In this document: one piece after another, positions 62,175 through 64,000 of the stretch | Layout: every line of letters starts with the position of its first letter | How positions within the stretch are numbered: the first letter of the stretch is position 1 | Made by a program: the position numbers and the translations under genes | The notes under the pieces: model-generated | What the model saw: the letters and a program-made list of their open reading frames with translations, nothing else | The model's database searches: none | What the model was told of the DNA's origin: nothing | DNA from: Carcharhinus amblyrhynchos | Lineage: Eukaryota | Reading direction: 5' to 3' | DNA length: 64,000 nt | Assembly: GCA_965287045.1 (NCBI GenBank) | Contig: OZ336886.1 | Span: forward strand, 19,778,001 to 19,842,000

Positions 62175-63649
62175 AAAAGCAAAATACTGCAGATTCTAGA
62201 AATCTAAAATAGAGACAGAAAATGCTGCAAGTATTACTTATTTGTATATATATGTCCCAGCAAGAGTCACGATCTAGAACCCTGGCCAAATGTTTGCTTC
62301 CCTGCTCCAGAGAGACTGAGACACTCTGCAGAGATTAGGGATTGAATTATGATTCAATGTATCTAAGAGTTTAAAGCACTGGACTTGCCAAGGAGACCCT
62401 TTGAGGAATTTTGAAACATATAAAATTCTGGGGAAATAAGAAACACCCTCCAAAAACGTAAAATGAAGGGAATACTTCACATTGTTTAAATTGCTTTATT
62501 TCAGAAAACCAATCCTAAAAAACAAATAAAAAGATTACCCAGCATTGAAACAACAGAGTGCTTTAAACTCAATTTATTCCACAAGTAAACAATATCTCGG
62601 CCAAATCTTTCCCATTCATGGAATACATTGAGCATTTTGTGGTTCCCCCTAATGTATTTGTGATTTAATCACTGCAGGGAAATTTCTACTGATTGAAAGA
62701 GCAGACACTCATGCACTTTAACCCCATTTATACAACGGTGCAATTTGTATTTGTTCTCAATTTGGAAATGTTTCACATTCTAACCTCCTAGGAAAATGGT
62801 GCAGGCTTATTTACTCAGATCTTTGTTCAGATAAAAACTCCCACCTCCTGATGCTGGGTTAAAGCCGGTCGGGATTGACTTTGATTAGATTCAGACTGAT
62901 GCAAACAATCACCTTCAAATCCCTGCTACCTGCTGCCCCTGAGGAAACCCTCAGCGTGCGAGTTAGGGGCTGATGTTTGATGTCATCTGGCATGTGAATT
63001 GCTTCAGGGCAGAGGTGAGTGTAAATGCTGCACTATCACATTCAGTTTGGATCAACTCTGATTCGCTCGGAATGCCACTGCCCAGCGTAAAATAGCCTTT
63101 AGGGTCACTCAACCATTCTCCCCGCCACAGAAACATTCAGAATAAAGTAGTGCTTCATGTCCCACAGGTATTGTTTTGGTGGACTCACGCTGCCCTTATA
63201 TAATACATATCCTTTTTGGTTTTAAGTGTACAAAAGCACAAACATACTCTTGATGCTTCCAAAGGCAATGGGAATAATTTTGCTTTTCTGTAACTTTGGA
63301 AAATCTCGTAACAACAAACAATCCAGGATACAAGGAGAAGGGCAAGGGGAAGAACTCTGAGCCCAATCATTCTCTTTTTAACCAAGAAACTTTAAAATAC
63401 AGAGAGTTATTTCTTCCCCTGGATGGAGGGTTATGGTAGGGGCTGTTAAATAAGGTTAGAACCTCGGGAGTCACCGGAAAAGCAGGCTTGTAAGATTAAC
63501 GTTTTTGTCTTTTTATTCTGCAGGTGGAGGTCCACCTCGTGTCAAACGAGGGGCATGCACATGGTGGGTCGTGCGTGGGCTGCTCTTGGAAGTTCCGGGA
63601 GTGGCCTAGTACTTCGTGTCGGTGTGTGTGCTTGATCCTGGACCAGTAG

Positions 63650-63970
63650 ACGGGCGCCGCAACAGCTCGGTGACTAGCACTGCTAGCTGTGCAGATACAT
63701 GGATTTGGGCCTGTGTCTGTGGGAGTTTGCGCATTCTCCCTGTGGTTGCGTGGGTTTCCTCCGGGCGCTCCGGTTTCCTCCCACACTCCAAAGATGTGCT
63801 CTTAGGCTAATCGGTTTTTACCAAATTGATACTATTCTCCCCTGAATCTGGCTAAGTTAGGGGTTCCATTCGTAGACATGCAGAGTAGAATAGGTGTAGG
63901 GTGATGCGGCGGCGCAGGCTCGTTGGGCCGAAGGGCCTGTTTCCCGTGCTGGGTTGTTCTTTGTTCTTTG
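63650..63970 (+). mobile_element. Atypical CpG-rich V-domain retroposon with CR1 tail
   Basis: Intact V-domain gcgtgggtttcctccgggcgctccggtttcctccca, aberrant head, and tail gggccgaagggcctgtt...(ttctttg)2. Confidence 0.75.
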
Positions 63971-64000
63971 TATTTGGCCCAATAAGATAAGACCACAAGA

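Noticed and set aside
63189-63287. Possible 99-nt minus-strand exon ending at GC|gtgagt
   Set aside because: The acceptor context is ambiguous, there is an in-frame TAA, and it shows no similarity to the expected upstream INPP5A exon.

Overview
Eukaryotic (not microbial) DNA, almost certainly from a cartilaginous fish: it is dense in HE1-type V-SINEs, Deu- and Meta-domain SINEs, and CR1, L2, RTE, Penelope, Harbinger and hAT relics. The window lies inside a minus-strand INPP5A-type gene (type I inositol 1,4,5-trisphosphate 5-phosphatase). Three coding exons are readable with GT-AG boundaries and compatible phases: 46237-46310 (74 nt), 22903-23014 (112 nt) and 14319-14387 (69 nt). Spliced, they give LLEFDRELSGFKDKLSEQEISFPPSYPYSEDSNQGKQYMNTRCPSWCDRILLSHSARDLIHKAENDEKSVIYDHIGPNVCMGDHK. 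I did not find the flanking exons in the window. The most interesting signals are several candidate cassette exons in repeat-free intronic tracts: a 3-nt microexon, a NAGNAG stop/in-frame switch exon, a phase-matched substitute for the catalytic exon, and poison exons. Also notable are hammerhead-like cores in Penelope terminal repeats, a hAT-in-SINE-in-LINE nest with TIRs and TSD, and a poly(A)/CR1-tail junction. All calls are by eye. Repeat boundaries are approximate, exon numbering follows recalled human INPP5A, and none of the candidate exons has transcript evidence here.
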